Shown here piece after piece: positions 50,694-60,253 of a stretch of 64,000 nucleotides of DNA (its first letter is position 1; every line of letters begins with the position of its first letter). Source of the stretch: Bdellovibrionales bacterium (GTDB lineage: Bacteria > Bdellovibrionota > Bdellovibrionia > Bdellovibrionales > UBA1609); assembly GCA_965200875.1 (NCBI GenBank), contig OZ241456.1, positions 736,001 through 800,000 on the forward strand, in the 5' to 3' direction. Under the pieces are notes generated by a model. That model was not told the DNA's origin and searched no databases. It saw only the letters and a program-made list of their open reading frames with translations. Made by a program: the position numbers and the translations under genes.

Positions 50694-51869
50694 GTGAAAT
50701 TGCTTTTATCTCTCTGTTTTTTTAATTCCTGCCAAAGTGCCAACCATACAAATGAAGTTGCTTTAAATGAACTGCCTTCCAATTTTAAAAGAGCATTAAG
50801 TAGCAGTCATTCCTCCTCGCCCTCTTCCTCTTTGAGGCAACCTGTCTGCAACTTACACACAGGGTCTGCGATCGTGCTTATGTACCACAAATTTGATGAA
50901 CCTTATAAAAGCACCAGTGTTACTATTGAACAATTTATGCAACATCTGGAGTTTTTCAAAAATAATGACTATACAGTGGTTCCATTGAGTAAGGTGATAT
51001 CTGCGGTTAAAGGTCAAGTCCCTTTTGGGAACAAATGGGTGGCTATTACTATTGACGACGCTTATAAATCATTTTTAAAAGCCAAACCTATTCTGGAAAC
51101 TTATCAGTATCCTTACACTGTTTTTGTGAATACAGAACCCGTGGATAAAAACTACACAAGTTCCATGACTTGGGACGATTTAAAAACAATAGTGCAGTCT
51201 GGGTTGGGAGAGCTGGCGGCACATTCTCACACGCATGGTCATTTAGTGCAGGATATGAATACGGAACAAAGACAAAAGGATATTTTATTTTCCGTAGAGC
51301 GAATTTATGAGAGCACCTCGATAATGCCACGTTTTTTCTCTTATCCTTTTGGCGAAGTGAGCAATAAGCTTATCACGGAAATACAAAACATGAATCAGGT
51401 TTCCGGTCGTGCTTTTCATTTTTCTGCTGCGTTTTCCACTCAGTCAGGACCGATTGGTTGTTCTTCAAATTTATTTGCTCTCCCTCGTTTTGCCATCAAT
51501 GAAAAATATGCTGTGATAGACAATTTATTTAAAATTAAACTAACCAGCCGTCATTTACCAATTTACGATTACCATCCAAAAAACAAATCAGTATGTATAG
51601 AAGAACAAATCCGCAAAATTTATTTTTCCACTGATCCAAATATAGATTTAAGTAGTATCCGTTGTTATGCCAGTAGGGGGAACACAGCCGAAGTGGATGT
51701 TTCAAATGGCCTTGTTACTGTCTCACTAGCCAAACCTTTGGGATTTGGTCTGAGCAATCCCAATGACATTAGAGAAAGACTTAATTGCACAGCCCACTAC
51801 AAAGGGCGGTATTTTTGGTATGGTAGAGAATTTACTATTCTGAAAAACTCCTCGGATTGCACTGAATAG
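50694..51869 (+). CDS. Polysaccharide deacetylase (CE4) lipoprotein
   Basis: FNSC lipobox-like site; LMYHK, ITIDDAY, HSHTH, FSYPFG, LPRF. Confidence 0.88.
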   Translation: MKLLLSLCFFNSCQSANHTNEVALNELPSNFKRALSSSHSSSPSSSLRQPVCNLHTGSAIVLMYHKFDEPYKSTSVTIEQFMQHLEFFKNNDYTVVPLSKVISAVKGQVPFGNKWVAITIDDAYKSFLKAKPILETYQYPYTVFVNTEPVDKNYTSSMTWDDLKTIVQSGLGELAAHSHTHGHLVQDMNTEQRQKDILFSVERIYESTSIMPRFFSYPFGEVSNKLITEIQNMNQVSGRAFHFSAAFSTQSGPIGCSSNLFALPRFAINEKYAVIDNLFKIKLTSRHLPIYDYHPKNKSVCIEEQIRKIYFSTDPNIDLSSIRCYASRGNTAEVDVSNGLVTVSLAKPLGFGLSNPNDIRERLNCTAHYKGRYFWYGREFTILKNSSDCTE

Positions 51870-51901
51870 TACTCCGTGAAAAGTAGATGTTTCTCATTCT
51901 T

Positions 51902-53350
51902 TTAATTCAGAAACACTCTTCCACATTTGTTTGGCATATATAAGTTTTCAAAATCGGTGCTGGCCAAAAAACGTGCTTCTTGCAGTTTTTCATTATTTTG
52001 TAGTTGTTTCTCTAAAGTGGAAATATGATTTTTTATTATATGTAATTGTTTTTCTGTTAATAAATCGTTATTTTCGAAATTTATAAGTTCAAATACTAAA
52101 TTTGGTTGTGTTGGCAAAGTGTGGTATTTGGTCAGTGAAAATTGTGTGTTATTTTCTGTTATATTGTTGGAAAAGTTGACCACTCGCCAGCCGGGTTTGA
52201 TCCAGACTTGATACCTTCCTGTGTTTGGATCTACTACTTTAAACAGCGGAGATTGTTGTTGGGATAGAAGGTAAATTTCTTTAGCTCTATTGGCATAGAT
52301 ATAGGACTGCATCAAGTTTTTTGCAATTCCTAGCCCTTCTTTTAACATATAACTTAGCAGAAGAGAAGCTTTAATAGAGGCTACATCTTTATATTTCCCC
52401 CACTTTGTGGATATTTCCTTCAGTAATTCAGATGACTCTGTGTAATTGCCTTCAGATATATATATTTTTATTAAAAACACTCTTGATTCGTCGTTTCCTT
52501 TTTTGATAGCTTTGATAAAATTTTTTTTAGCCAGACTGGTTCTGTTATTTCTTTGATGTATTATTCCCCTGTAAGTCATAGAAGCGGCAATAGCAAATTT
52601 CTGTTTGTGTATTGAATCATCAAAAAATTTTAAGGCATTGCTATACTGTTTTTTTAAAAATAATACAGTACCCATTAGAAAATTAAAGGGTGGTAGGGCA
52701 TTATTTATACCTTTTTTCTGTATTTCCTGTAAGCTTTGATAGATTATCTCCATGTTTTGTTTTTTTGTATCGGGTGATAAAGACTCTGTTTTTATTGTGA
52801 GGGCAGGTATAACCAGATAAGCCAAAGCATATCCTGTATCTTTTGCCTTATGTAAATAATGAAGACCTTTTTCTTTGTCATTGGTTTTTATATAGGAAAA
52901 ACCAAGTGAAAAATACGCAGGTGGGGTTTTGGTTTTTTGTATCAGGTTTTCTATTCTTGTGATTTGAGCGGGACTTAACTGTAATACAGTTTTATCAGTT
53001 AATTGGATTATATTTGTAAGTGTACTGTTAACGATGTAGTATATATAAAATAATATCCTTTGTGCGCTCTGATTATGGTGTTCCGCTGAAAACAATAATT
53101 CCTCAAGAGATTTGTATTCCATGTAGTTCTGAAGGGCTGTAAAATTTTTCTTTTCGTATTCCACATGTAAAATATCAGACACAACTGCCATGAAAACTGT
53201 TTCCAAGTCCAGTGCTCTGGCTATGGGAAGACTTACAATGTTTATGGTAGTGACAGTAATGACGGTGATGATTAACCTGAGAACTGCATGTCTTAAAAAT
53301 TTTGTTGGAATAGAAACTTTATTATTTGTCTCAACAGGTTCATAGTTCAT
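51902..53350 (-). CDS. Secreted SEL1/TPR-repeat protein
   Basis: Signal-like N-terminus ending ARA; AYFSLGFSY..EKGLHYLHKA and EGLGIAKNLMQSY repeats; RBS AAGGAG. Confidence 0.7.
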   Translation of the reverse strand: MNYEPVETNNKVSIPTKFLRHAVLRLIITVITVTTINIVSLPIARALDLETVFMAVVSDILHVEYEKKNFTALQNYMEYKSLEELLFSAEHHNQSAQRILFYIYYIVNSTLTNIIQLTDKTVLQLSPAQITRIENLIQKTKTPPAYFSLGFSYIKTNDKEKGLHYLHKAKDTGYALAYLVIPALTIKTESLSPDTKKQNMEIIYQSLQEIQKKGINNALPPFNFLMGTVLFLKKQYSNALKFFDDSIHKQKFAIAASMTYRGIIHQRNNRTSLAKKNFIKAIKKGNDESRVFLIKIYISEGNYTESSELLKEISTKWGKYKDVASIKASLLLSYMLKEGLGIAKNLMQSYIYANRAKEIYLLSQQQSPLFKVVDPNTGRYQVWIKPGWRVVNFSNNITENNTQFSLTKYHTLPTQPNLVFELINFENNDLLTEKQLHIIKNHISTLEKQLQNNEKLQEARFLASTDFENLYMPNKCGRVFLN

Positions 53351-53451
53351 ATTTTTATTTCTCCTTTTGACTTGAGCTTCATATTGTTCCTGATTTCAAT
53401 TAAGTGTTGGATATGAAAAATTTTCACACTTGAACAGAAATCCCGTTGAGG

Positions 53452-53528
<77 letters not shown>

Positions 53529-53724
53529 TTAAAAATTTGGAAAAACATCAGGTTGGCAATGGAATATTTATATGTTCATGGGGAATTAGGTAGTTATTTC
53601 TGATGATTTTCAGGAACAAAATACACAAGTTTTTTCGTTCCATCATTGAATTTAAACTCACACTTCTTTAAAAGCAAACAAAAAATTGTTTCTTTGCTTT
53701 TTAGGGTCAATTCATCTATGGTGA

Positions 53725-54180
53725 TCAAATTTTCTCTGTACTATCTAAAATCAGATTTGCCAGCTCATCTGCTTTTTTATTCTGTTCCCGACGCACATGC
53801 TGAAACTGTACCTTTTGAATCCTGCTTGCCCATTTTTTACATTCTTGGTAAAGATTTTTAATATTAGGAGATTTTACTTTATAAAGACCAGAGAGTTGTT
53901 TTACCAGAAGCTCACTGTCAGTTTTTAAAAGCAAATTGCTGATTTTATTTTCTGCACTTAACTGTAAGGCTCTTAATACTGCTGAATACTCTGCGAAATT
54001 ACTGGTCTTTATACCCAGTAAGAAAGCCTCTTCATAAATACATTCTTTGTTTCTGTTATAAACCGCAAGTCCAGCGGATGCGACTCCCGGATTGCCTCGA
54101 GAAGCACCATCAGTATGGATTAAAACCTCATTTGGCCAGTCGGCAATTTTTCCTTTATGGATTTTTTGATAAATGTCCAT
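53725..54180 (-). CDS. rnhA: Ribonuclease HI family protein
   Basis: TDGASRGNPG, NFAEY, TDSEL, HVRREQNKKADELAN. Confidence 0.92.
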   Translation of the reverse strand: MDIYQKIHKGKIADWPNEVLIHTDGASRGNPGVASAGLAVYNRNKECIYEEAFLLGIKTSNFAEYSAVLRALQLSAENKISNLLLKTDSELLVKQLSGLYKVKSPNIKNLYQECKKWASRIQKVQFQHVRREQNKKADELANLILDSTEKI

Positions 54181-55073
54181 TATTCTGACTTTAGCCCTGA
54201 AGGGGAATCATCGGTTTTTTCTGGTTTTTCCGTTTCACTGGATTTGTCGATTTTTCCCGATTTTTCCGTTTCATCAGATTTGCCACTGTGTTGATCCGTT
54301 TTTATTTCTTTATTCTTCTTTTTTTCGTCTGATTGTTCCAATTCACTTTGTTCTTTATCTTTGAGTTGATTTATTTTTTCCTGCAACCTGATTTCATCTT
54401 TTTCTGGTTCACCTTGTGCAGGATGCTCTTTAGTTTTTTCTAGTTTGAGCTTATCTTGTGCTGAAGAATCATTAAATATCTTTTCTTCTTGAATGTCCTG
54501 TTCTTTTTTCTCCAGCTCTTTTTCGTTCAAATCTTCTCCCAGTGTTTCCTGAGTGCTGGTGTCCTCATTTTGGTTCCCCTCTTCCAGCTTCATACTGTCT
54601 TCTGTACTTTCCTCTGTATCTTCTTCAAATTTTTCGGAAACGGAAAAAAGCGTGACAGGTTCCTGGAATTTCAATTTAGTATTGTTGATTTCAATATTGT
54701 CCACACTCCATAGATCATATTTATCATCAGCTCCCACCTCTTTTCTGTTCATTAGGGCCTTGCCTTCCACAGAAAGATTTAATTGGTCATTATCATCAAA
54801 AGAATATTTGAAATGCGCGCTGATTTGACCTCTTTTATAAGTGGATTGTGTCCATATTGTCTTGAAACGGAAATTTCGCACAAGGGGTTTTTGCTCTAAA
54901 AGTTTTTCCTGTATAATGGCTTTTAGTTGCTCCTGGAGACTTATATGAAGTTCTTCAGGGTATTCAGGTTTTTGATAAAACATAAGCCAAGTGCTAGTCA
55001 AAAAAAAGAGAAAAAGCACACCGGATAAAATTCGAAAACGATAAGCTTTGAGTTTTGATATCTTTTTTTGCAT
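54180..55073 (-). CDS. Membrane-anchored hypothetical protein with an acidic tail
   Basis: N-terminal TM helix; E/K-rich C-terminus; RBS GGAGGAG. Confidence 0.65.
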   Translation of the reverse strand: MQKKISKLKAYRFRILSGVLFLFFLTSTWLMFYQKPEYPEELHISLQEQLKAIIQEKLLEQKPLVRNFRFKTIWTQSTYKRGQISAHFKYSFDDNDQLNLSVEGKALMNRKEVGADDKYDLWSVDNIEINNTKLKFQEPVTLFSVSEKFEEDTEESTEDSMKLEEGNQNEDTSTQETLGEDLNEKELEKKEQDIQEEKIFNDSSAQDKLKLEKTKEHPAQGEPEKDEIRLQEKINQLKDKEQSELEQSDEKKKNKEIKTDQHSGKSDETEKSGKIDKSSETEKPEKTDDSPSGLKSE

Positions 55074-55449
55074 ATATAACTCCTCCAGCTCTTATTTTCA
55101 GCCTTTCAAAACAGGACAAATTCACTCAACAAAACCAGTTCAGAAAGAACCACATCTGACTAAAAGCTTTCACCCCTTTAAAACCCCGGTACCGGAAACT
55201 CAAAATTGGATGAACATCAAATGAGTATGGCTTGTTTTAAAATCCAAAGCAAGCGGTTTTTATATACGGATCAGGAGATTTTTATATACAAATAAGGGTA
55301 AAGATTATTATTCAAAGTTTTGCCGGTTTTTTAAAGAAAATAGCCTGATATACTCTTGTCATATTTTTTATTTCATGTTTTATTATCTGTAGTTTTCAAA
55401 TGGCGGTCTGTGGGCTTAATTTAAGTTTCCCAACTTAAAAGGAAAATCT

Positions 55450-57054
55450 TTGATCTTAAAAACAAAAATAAATACTTTGTCAGAAGATTATCAACATAAT
55501 TTCCAGTTCATGAAAAAAAAAGTGGAAAGATTAAAGCTGGCTATAGAATTGGCAAAAACCAGTGGCGGGCAAAGCCAAAAGCCTCAAAAGCACAGAAATA
55601 AATATCTGGTAAGAGAAAGAATTGAAAAGCTTAAAGACCCAGAGTCCTGCTTTTTGGAGTTCTCCATACTGGCCGGTAGAGGGCTTTATAAGGAGAATCT
55701 TCCTTCTTCAGGTATTGTCACTGGTATAGCTATTGTGCATGGCAGACCTTGCGTGATTGTAGCCAACGATTATACTGTGAAAGGTGGTGCTTATTTTCCC
55801 ATCACTATTAAAAAACATCTTCGTGCTCAGGAAATAGCTTTGGAAAATCATCTTCCTTGTATTTATTTGGTGGATAGCGGAGGAGCTTATTTACATTACC
55901 AGGATCAGGTTTTTCCTGATCGGGATCATTTTGGTCGAATTTTTTACAATCAGGCTCGTATGTCCAGTTTGGGGATTCCGCAGATTTCTGTAGTGTCAGG
56001 TTATTGCACAGCGGGAGGAGCTTATGTTCCAGCAATGTCTGATGAAAATATTATGGTTAAAGGAAGTGGAACTATTTTTCTGGGAGGCCCCCCTTTAGTA
56101 GAGGCCGCTACGGGGGAAAAAGTAAGCGCGGAGGAGTTAGGTGGAGCAATATTACACAGTGCACAATCTGGAGTAAGTGACCATATTGTGGAAACCGAAG
56201 ATCAGGCTTTGGAAAAAGCGCGGGACATTATTTTTCATTTAGGTTTTGCTCAAAAACAAAAACTACTTCGCCGGACAAATAAAGATCCTCTTTATCCGGC
56301 AGAGGAAATATACGGTGTAGTGCCATCGGACTTAAAAAAAGTTTTTGACATGAGAGAAATTATAGCTCGCCTTGTGGATGGTTCTGAATTTCACGAATTT
56401 AAAAAAAATTATGGCTCCACTTTGGTGACAGGTTGGGCGCATTTATGCGGTTTTCCGGTGGGAATATTGGCAAATAATGGTGTGTTGTTCAGTGAGTCTG
56501 CTTTAAAGTCTGCGCATTTTATTGATTTATGTGACCAAAGAGGTATTCCACTTATCTTTTTACAAAATATTGTGGGTTTTATGGTTGGAAAACAATATGA
56601 AAGCACTGGGATTACGAAGCATGGGGCGAAAATGGTGACTGCGGTTAGTTTGGCGCGTGTGCCTAAGTTCACAGTTATCGTGGGTTCATCTTATGGAGCT
56701 GGTAATTATGGAATGTGTGGACGAGCTTATCAGCCCCGTCAACTTTGGATGTGGCCATCAGCCCGCATTGCTGTGATGGGAGGTCCACAAGCGGAAAAAG
56801 TCTTGCAATCCATTAAAACTTTGAACGCAACAGGCAAGAATACAGCGAATAATGTTAATAGTCCGCCGGTAGCCACTATTGTCTCTTTGGAAAAACAGTA
56901 TGAAAGGCAAAGCTCAGCTGAATACTCAACCAACCGCTTGTGGGATGATGGTATTATTGATCCTTTGGACACCAGAAAAGTTTTGGCATTGGGGTTGGAT
57001 GCGTCTCTCTATTCTCCATTGAAGGAAAAGTCCAAAGGTATTTATCGAATGTAG
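55450..57054 (+). CDS. liuB: 3-methylcrotonyl-CoA carboxylase beta (carboxyltransferase) subunit
   Basis: NDYTVKGG, YLVDSGGA, FPDRDHFGRIF, CTAGGAY, GNYGMCGRAY, LWDDGII. Confidence 0.92.
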   Translation: MILKTKINTLSEDYQHNFQFMKKKVERLKLAIELAKTSGGQSQKPQKHRNKYLVRERIEKLKDPESCFLEFSILAGRGLYKENLPSSGIVTGIAIVHGRPCVIVANDYTVKGGAYFPITIKKHLRAQEIALENHLPCIYLVDSGGAYLHYQDQVFPDRDHFGRIFYNQARMSSLGIPQISVVSGYCTAGGAYVPAMSDENIMVKGSGTIFLGGPPLVEAATGEKVSAEELGGAILHSAQSGVSDHIVETEDQALEKARDIIFHLGFAQKQKLLRRTNKDPLYPAEEIYGVVPSDLKKVFDMREIIARLVDGSEFHEFKKNYGSTLVTGWAHLCGFPVGILANNGVLFSESALKSAHFIDLCDQRGIPLIFLQNIVGFMVGKQYESTGITKHGAKMVTAVSLARVPKFTVIVGSSYGAGNYGMCGRAYQPRQLWMWPSARIAVMGGPQAEKVLQSIKTLNATGKNTANNVNSPPVATIVSLEKQYERQSSAEYSTNRLWDDGIIDPLDTRKVLALGLDASLYSPLKEKSKGIYRM

Positions 57055-57221
57055 TTCCGCTGGAAAAAATTGAAAATTATAAAATTAAACAAATAGCTTT
57101 ATTTGGAGATTATCCTGTTTTTGCCTTTCAGGAAAGAAAAGAGGAAGTGAAAAAAACACAAAACCACAAAACCACATAAAAATATTGATTTTTTTAAAAA
57201 ACCTGATATAAATAAAGTATT

Positions 57222-57725
57222 ATGGCTACTCCTCTCGTAAAACAAGCTCAATATTTAAAAGAAAGTGGTTTCACTGAACAGCAGGCCAACGCACTTATTT
57301 ACTTTCAAAAGGACAATATTGAAAGCGTAATGGCCACTAAAAAAGACATAGCTGATGTGAGACAAGAGATCGCAGAAGTCAAAAAAGAGATCGCAGAAGT
57401 CAAAAAAGAGATCGCAGAAGTCAAAAAAGAGATCGCAGAAGTCAAAAAAGACATAGTTGGTATGAAAAAAGAGATCGCGGATGTGAGAAAAGATATTGAG
57501 CAGTTGCGTGCCGACACCAAAAAAGAGATCGCGGATGTGAGAAAAGATATTGAGCAGTTGCGTGCCGACACTAAAAAAGACATAGCAGATGTGAGAAAAG
57601 ATATTGAGCAGTTGCGTGCCGACACCAAAAAAGACCTTATTCTTCTAAAAAAAGATCTGACACTGAAGCTGGGGAGTATAATGGTGTTTGGTGTCACTAT
57701 TTTGGGATTTTTAATCAAACTTTAA
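57222..57725 (+). CDS. DUF1640/CCDC90-like coiled-coil membrane protein
   Basis: LKESGFTEQQA head, ATKKDI neck, repeated coiled coil, C-terminal TM LTLKLGSIMV. Confidence 0.8.
   Translation: MATPLVKQAQYLKESGFTEQQANALIYFQKDNIESVMATKKDIADVRQEIAEVKKEIAEVKKEIAEVKKEIAEVKKDIVGMKKEIADVRKDIEQLRADTKKEIADVRKDIEQLRADTKKDIADVRKDIEQLRADTKKDLILLKKDLTLKLGSIMVFGVTILGFLIKL
57364..57626 (+). repeat. Coding tandem repeats (4 x 21 bp; 3 x 54 bp)
   Basis: AAGAGATCGCAGAAGTCAAAA four times; a unit encoding KKEIADVRKDIEQLRADT three times. Confidence 0.9.
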
Positions 57726-57801
57726 ATTTGTGCTGATTTAGTATTTCCTGAAATGGAAAATAAAAATATTAATATAAAGTCATCAAAAAAAGTTCTCGCC
57801 T

Positions 57802-58653
57802 ATGGAGACAAAAACCTCTTCTCTGAAAATTAAAACAAAAGAAGGTATCCAGTGTATCATACTTAACCGCCCTGAAAAGCGAAACGCGCTCAATCCAAAA
57901 ATGATTGGTGAGCTTTTGTCTTTTTTTAAAAAACAACAATGGTCCTCTTCCACAAGGGTGATTATGTTGTCAGGGGAGGGAAAAGCTTTTTGTAGTGGAG
58001 CGGATTTAAAGTGGATGGCAGATGAATCTCTTTTCACCAGTGAAGAACTGGAAAACCTGTTTTCTTTGTTTGAAGCTATAACACTTTGTCCTTTGCCAGT
58101 AGTCACTTTGGTGCAGGGTTTTGCCGTGGGAGGAGGACTGGGTCTGTTATCTGTTTCGGATGTGGTTATTGCTGAGGAAAATACTCAATTTCTTTTTAGT
58201 GAAACCAAATTAGGTCTTGTTCCTTCTATAATCAGCCCTTTTGTCTTAAAGAAAATTGGTTTATCTCAAGCAAAATTTTTAATGTTGAGTGCTTTACCTT
58301 TTTCTGCTCGACAGGCAAAGGAAATTGGTCTTATTCACTTTACCGGTTCTCAGGAAAAATGTGATGATTTTTCGGAAAAATTATTGAAACACTTTAAAGA
58401 GTTGGATGGTCCGGCTGTTTCCAAAACAAAAAAATGGCTTAATTTCCTTGGTTCTCTGCCTTTCTCCCGTGTAAATTATGCCAGATGGGAAAGTGCAGAA
58501 CTTTCAGACAATCGGCTTTCGGATGAAGATTATAAATCACTAAAGTTTTCAAAAAAGAGAAGTTTAAAAACAGAAAGTGTTCGTATTATCAGCTCAGCTC
58601 GAAAAAGCGAATCTGCACAACAAAGAATCAAAAAACTTATTAATGGCCATTAA
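57802..58653 (+). CDS. liuC: Enoyl-CoA hydratase family protein (methylglutaconyl-CoA hydratase-like)
   Basis: LNRPEKRNA, FCSGADL, GGGLGL, SETKLGLVP; lies between the Mcc subunits. Confidence 0.8.
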   Translation: METKTSSLKIKTKEGIQCIILNRPEKRNALNPKMIGELLSFFKKQQWSSSTRVIMLSGEGKAFCSGADLKWMADESLFTSEELENLFSLFEAITLCPLPVVTLVQGFAVGGGLGLLSVSDVVIAEENTQFLFSETKLGLVPSIISPFVLKKIGLSQAKFLMLSALPFSARQAKEIGLIHFTGSQEKCDDFSEKLLKHFKELDGPAVSKTKKWLNFLGSLPFSRVNYARWESAELSDNRLSDEDYKSLKFSKKRSLKTESVRIISSARKSESAQQRIKKLINGH

Positions 58654-58688
58654 AGAATATACGGGAGCTAAACCAAGGGTAGTATAAT

Positions 58689-60212
58689 ATGTACAAAACA
58701 ATAAAAAAAATAGCTATTCCCAACAGAGGGGAGATAGCAGTCAGGTTGATTGCCACCTGTCGGGAGATGGGTATCGAACCAATACTGCTCTATTCTTCTG
58801 TAGATCAAAATAGTTTAGCTTATCGGCTAAGTTCCAAGAAAATCTGCATTGGTCCGGCAGAATCCCGGCAAAGTTATTTGAATATCCGTGCTGTAATAGA
58901 AGGTGCTCTGAGTACCGGTGCGGACGCTATTCATCCGGGTTATGGTTTTTTATCTGAAAAAGTGGAATTAGCCAAAGCCTGCCGTGAAAACAATATTATT
59001 TTTATTGGACCTCCTGAAAATTGCTTGGAAATTTTTGGAGATAAAGTGCGTGCGCGTAAACAAGCTATAAAACTCGGTCTTCCCGTGCTTCCTGCCTGTA
59101 CCGTTTCCGTTACAGAAAAACCGCGAGCTTCTGCTGACCACTCTTCTACAGACAAAATGTTATTGCAATCAGCTCATAAAATAGGTTTTCCCGTGATGAT
59201 TAAAGCCGTGGGAGGAGGAGGAGGAAGAGGGCTTAGAGTTGTTCATTCTGAAGAGGAGTGGGAAGAGGCTTTTTCCTCCGCTCAAAGAGAAGCAGGTTCC
59301 TCTTTTGGTTTATCAGAAGTTTTTATTGAAAAATATCTTCCTTTTGCTCGCCATATAGAAGTACAGGTTTTCGGAGATATATTGGGAAGGGTGTTTCATT
59401 TGTTTGAAAGAGATTGTTCTCTTCAAAGGAAGCATCAAAAAGTGATAGAGGAAGCACCAGCTTTACTGCCTGATTCCATTAAACAGGAAATGAGTTTAGC
59501 GGCCGTGGAGCTTTTGCAATCAGTGGGTTATGTGCAAGCTGGCACAGTGGAGTTTTTGTATCACGAAGAAAAATTTTATTTCATGGAAGTGAACCCCCGT
59601 ATTCAGGTGGAATGCCCTGTGACGGAAATGATACTGGGAATAGATCTTATAAAGGCGCAAATTTTAACAGCTCAGGGTCAAGCACCTTTTATACAGAAGG
59701 AGCTTAAGCCCCGTGGACATAGCATCCAGTGTCGCTTGTATGCGGAGGATATGCAAAAACAAATACCAGTGTTTGGTTCTTTGGCGGGCTGTCATTTTCC
59801 ACAAGGGGTAAACCGACGCTTTGATATGGGTTATGAATCAGGAGATATTGTTCCTGGGTTTTACGATGCTATGTTGGGGAAGCTGATTGTATGGGAAGAA
59901 AACCGCGCACGGGGGATAGAAAAAATGAAACAAGCCCTTGGTGAGACGATTATTTTTGGTTTAAAAACCAATCTTTCTTTTTTACAGGATATTCTTTTTC
60001 ACGAAAAGTTTGTCACGGGAAACACTCACACACGATTTTTAGAGGAGGAGTTTTTAAAATTATGGAAGGAAGAAGAAGTGGAATCCGTGAATCCAGAAAT
60101 TCTTTCTCATATTCGCCGTGTTATTTCCAATCGTAAAAGCTTGGACAATTTAGAGGAAAACCAATGGGAATCTGCAAACATTTTTAATCCTTGGACTCAT
60201 TTCAAAAAATAA
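58689..60212 (+). CDS. Biotin carboxylase subunit (Mcc alpha-like, no biotin-carrier domain)
   Basis: NRGEIA, IHPGYGFLSE, GGGGRG, ERDCSLQR, MEVNPRIQVE, RLYAED; no EAMKM motif. Confidence 0.9.
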   Translation: MYKTIKKIAIPNRGEIAVRLIATCREMGIEPILLYSSVDQNSLAYRLSSKKICIGPAESRQSYLNIRAVIEGALSTGADAIHPGYGFLSEKVELAKACRENNIIFIGPPENCLEIFGDKVRARKQAIKLGLPVLPACTVSVTEKPRASADHSSTDKMLLQSAHKIGFPVMIKAVGGGGGRGLRVVHSEEEWEEAFSSAQREAGSSFGLSEVFIEKYLPFARHIEVQVFGDILGRVFHLFERDCSLQRKHQKVIEEAPALLPDSIKQEMSLAAVELLQSVGYVQAGTVEFLYHEEKFYFMEVNPRIQVECPVTEMILGIDLIKAQILTAQGQAPFIQKELKPRGHSIQCRLYAEDMQKQIPVFGSLAGCHFPQGVNRRFDMGYESGDIVPGFYDAMLGKLIVWEENRARGIEKMKQALGETIIFGLKTNLSFLQDILFHEKFVTGNTHTRFLEEEFLKLWKEEEVESVNPEILSHIRRVISNRKSLDNLEENQWESANIFNPWTHFKK

Positions 60213-60213
60213 A

Positions 60214-60237
60214 TAGTCGCCCGTGAAAACGGGAATC
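60214..60237. repeat. Short MITE-end / palindrome fusion between convergent genes
   Basis: TAGTCGCCCGTGAAAACGGGAATC. Confidence 0.6.
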
Positions 60238-60253
60238 TTGTTGGTGGAGGAGG

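Noticed and set aside
57305..57718. 137-aa repetitive minus-strand ORF, and a CRISPR-like look of the 21-bp repeats
   Set aside because: Antisense of the coiled-coil repeats; the repeats are contiguous, in-frame and have no spacers
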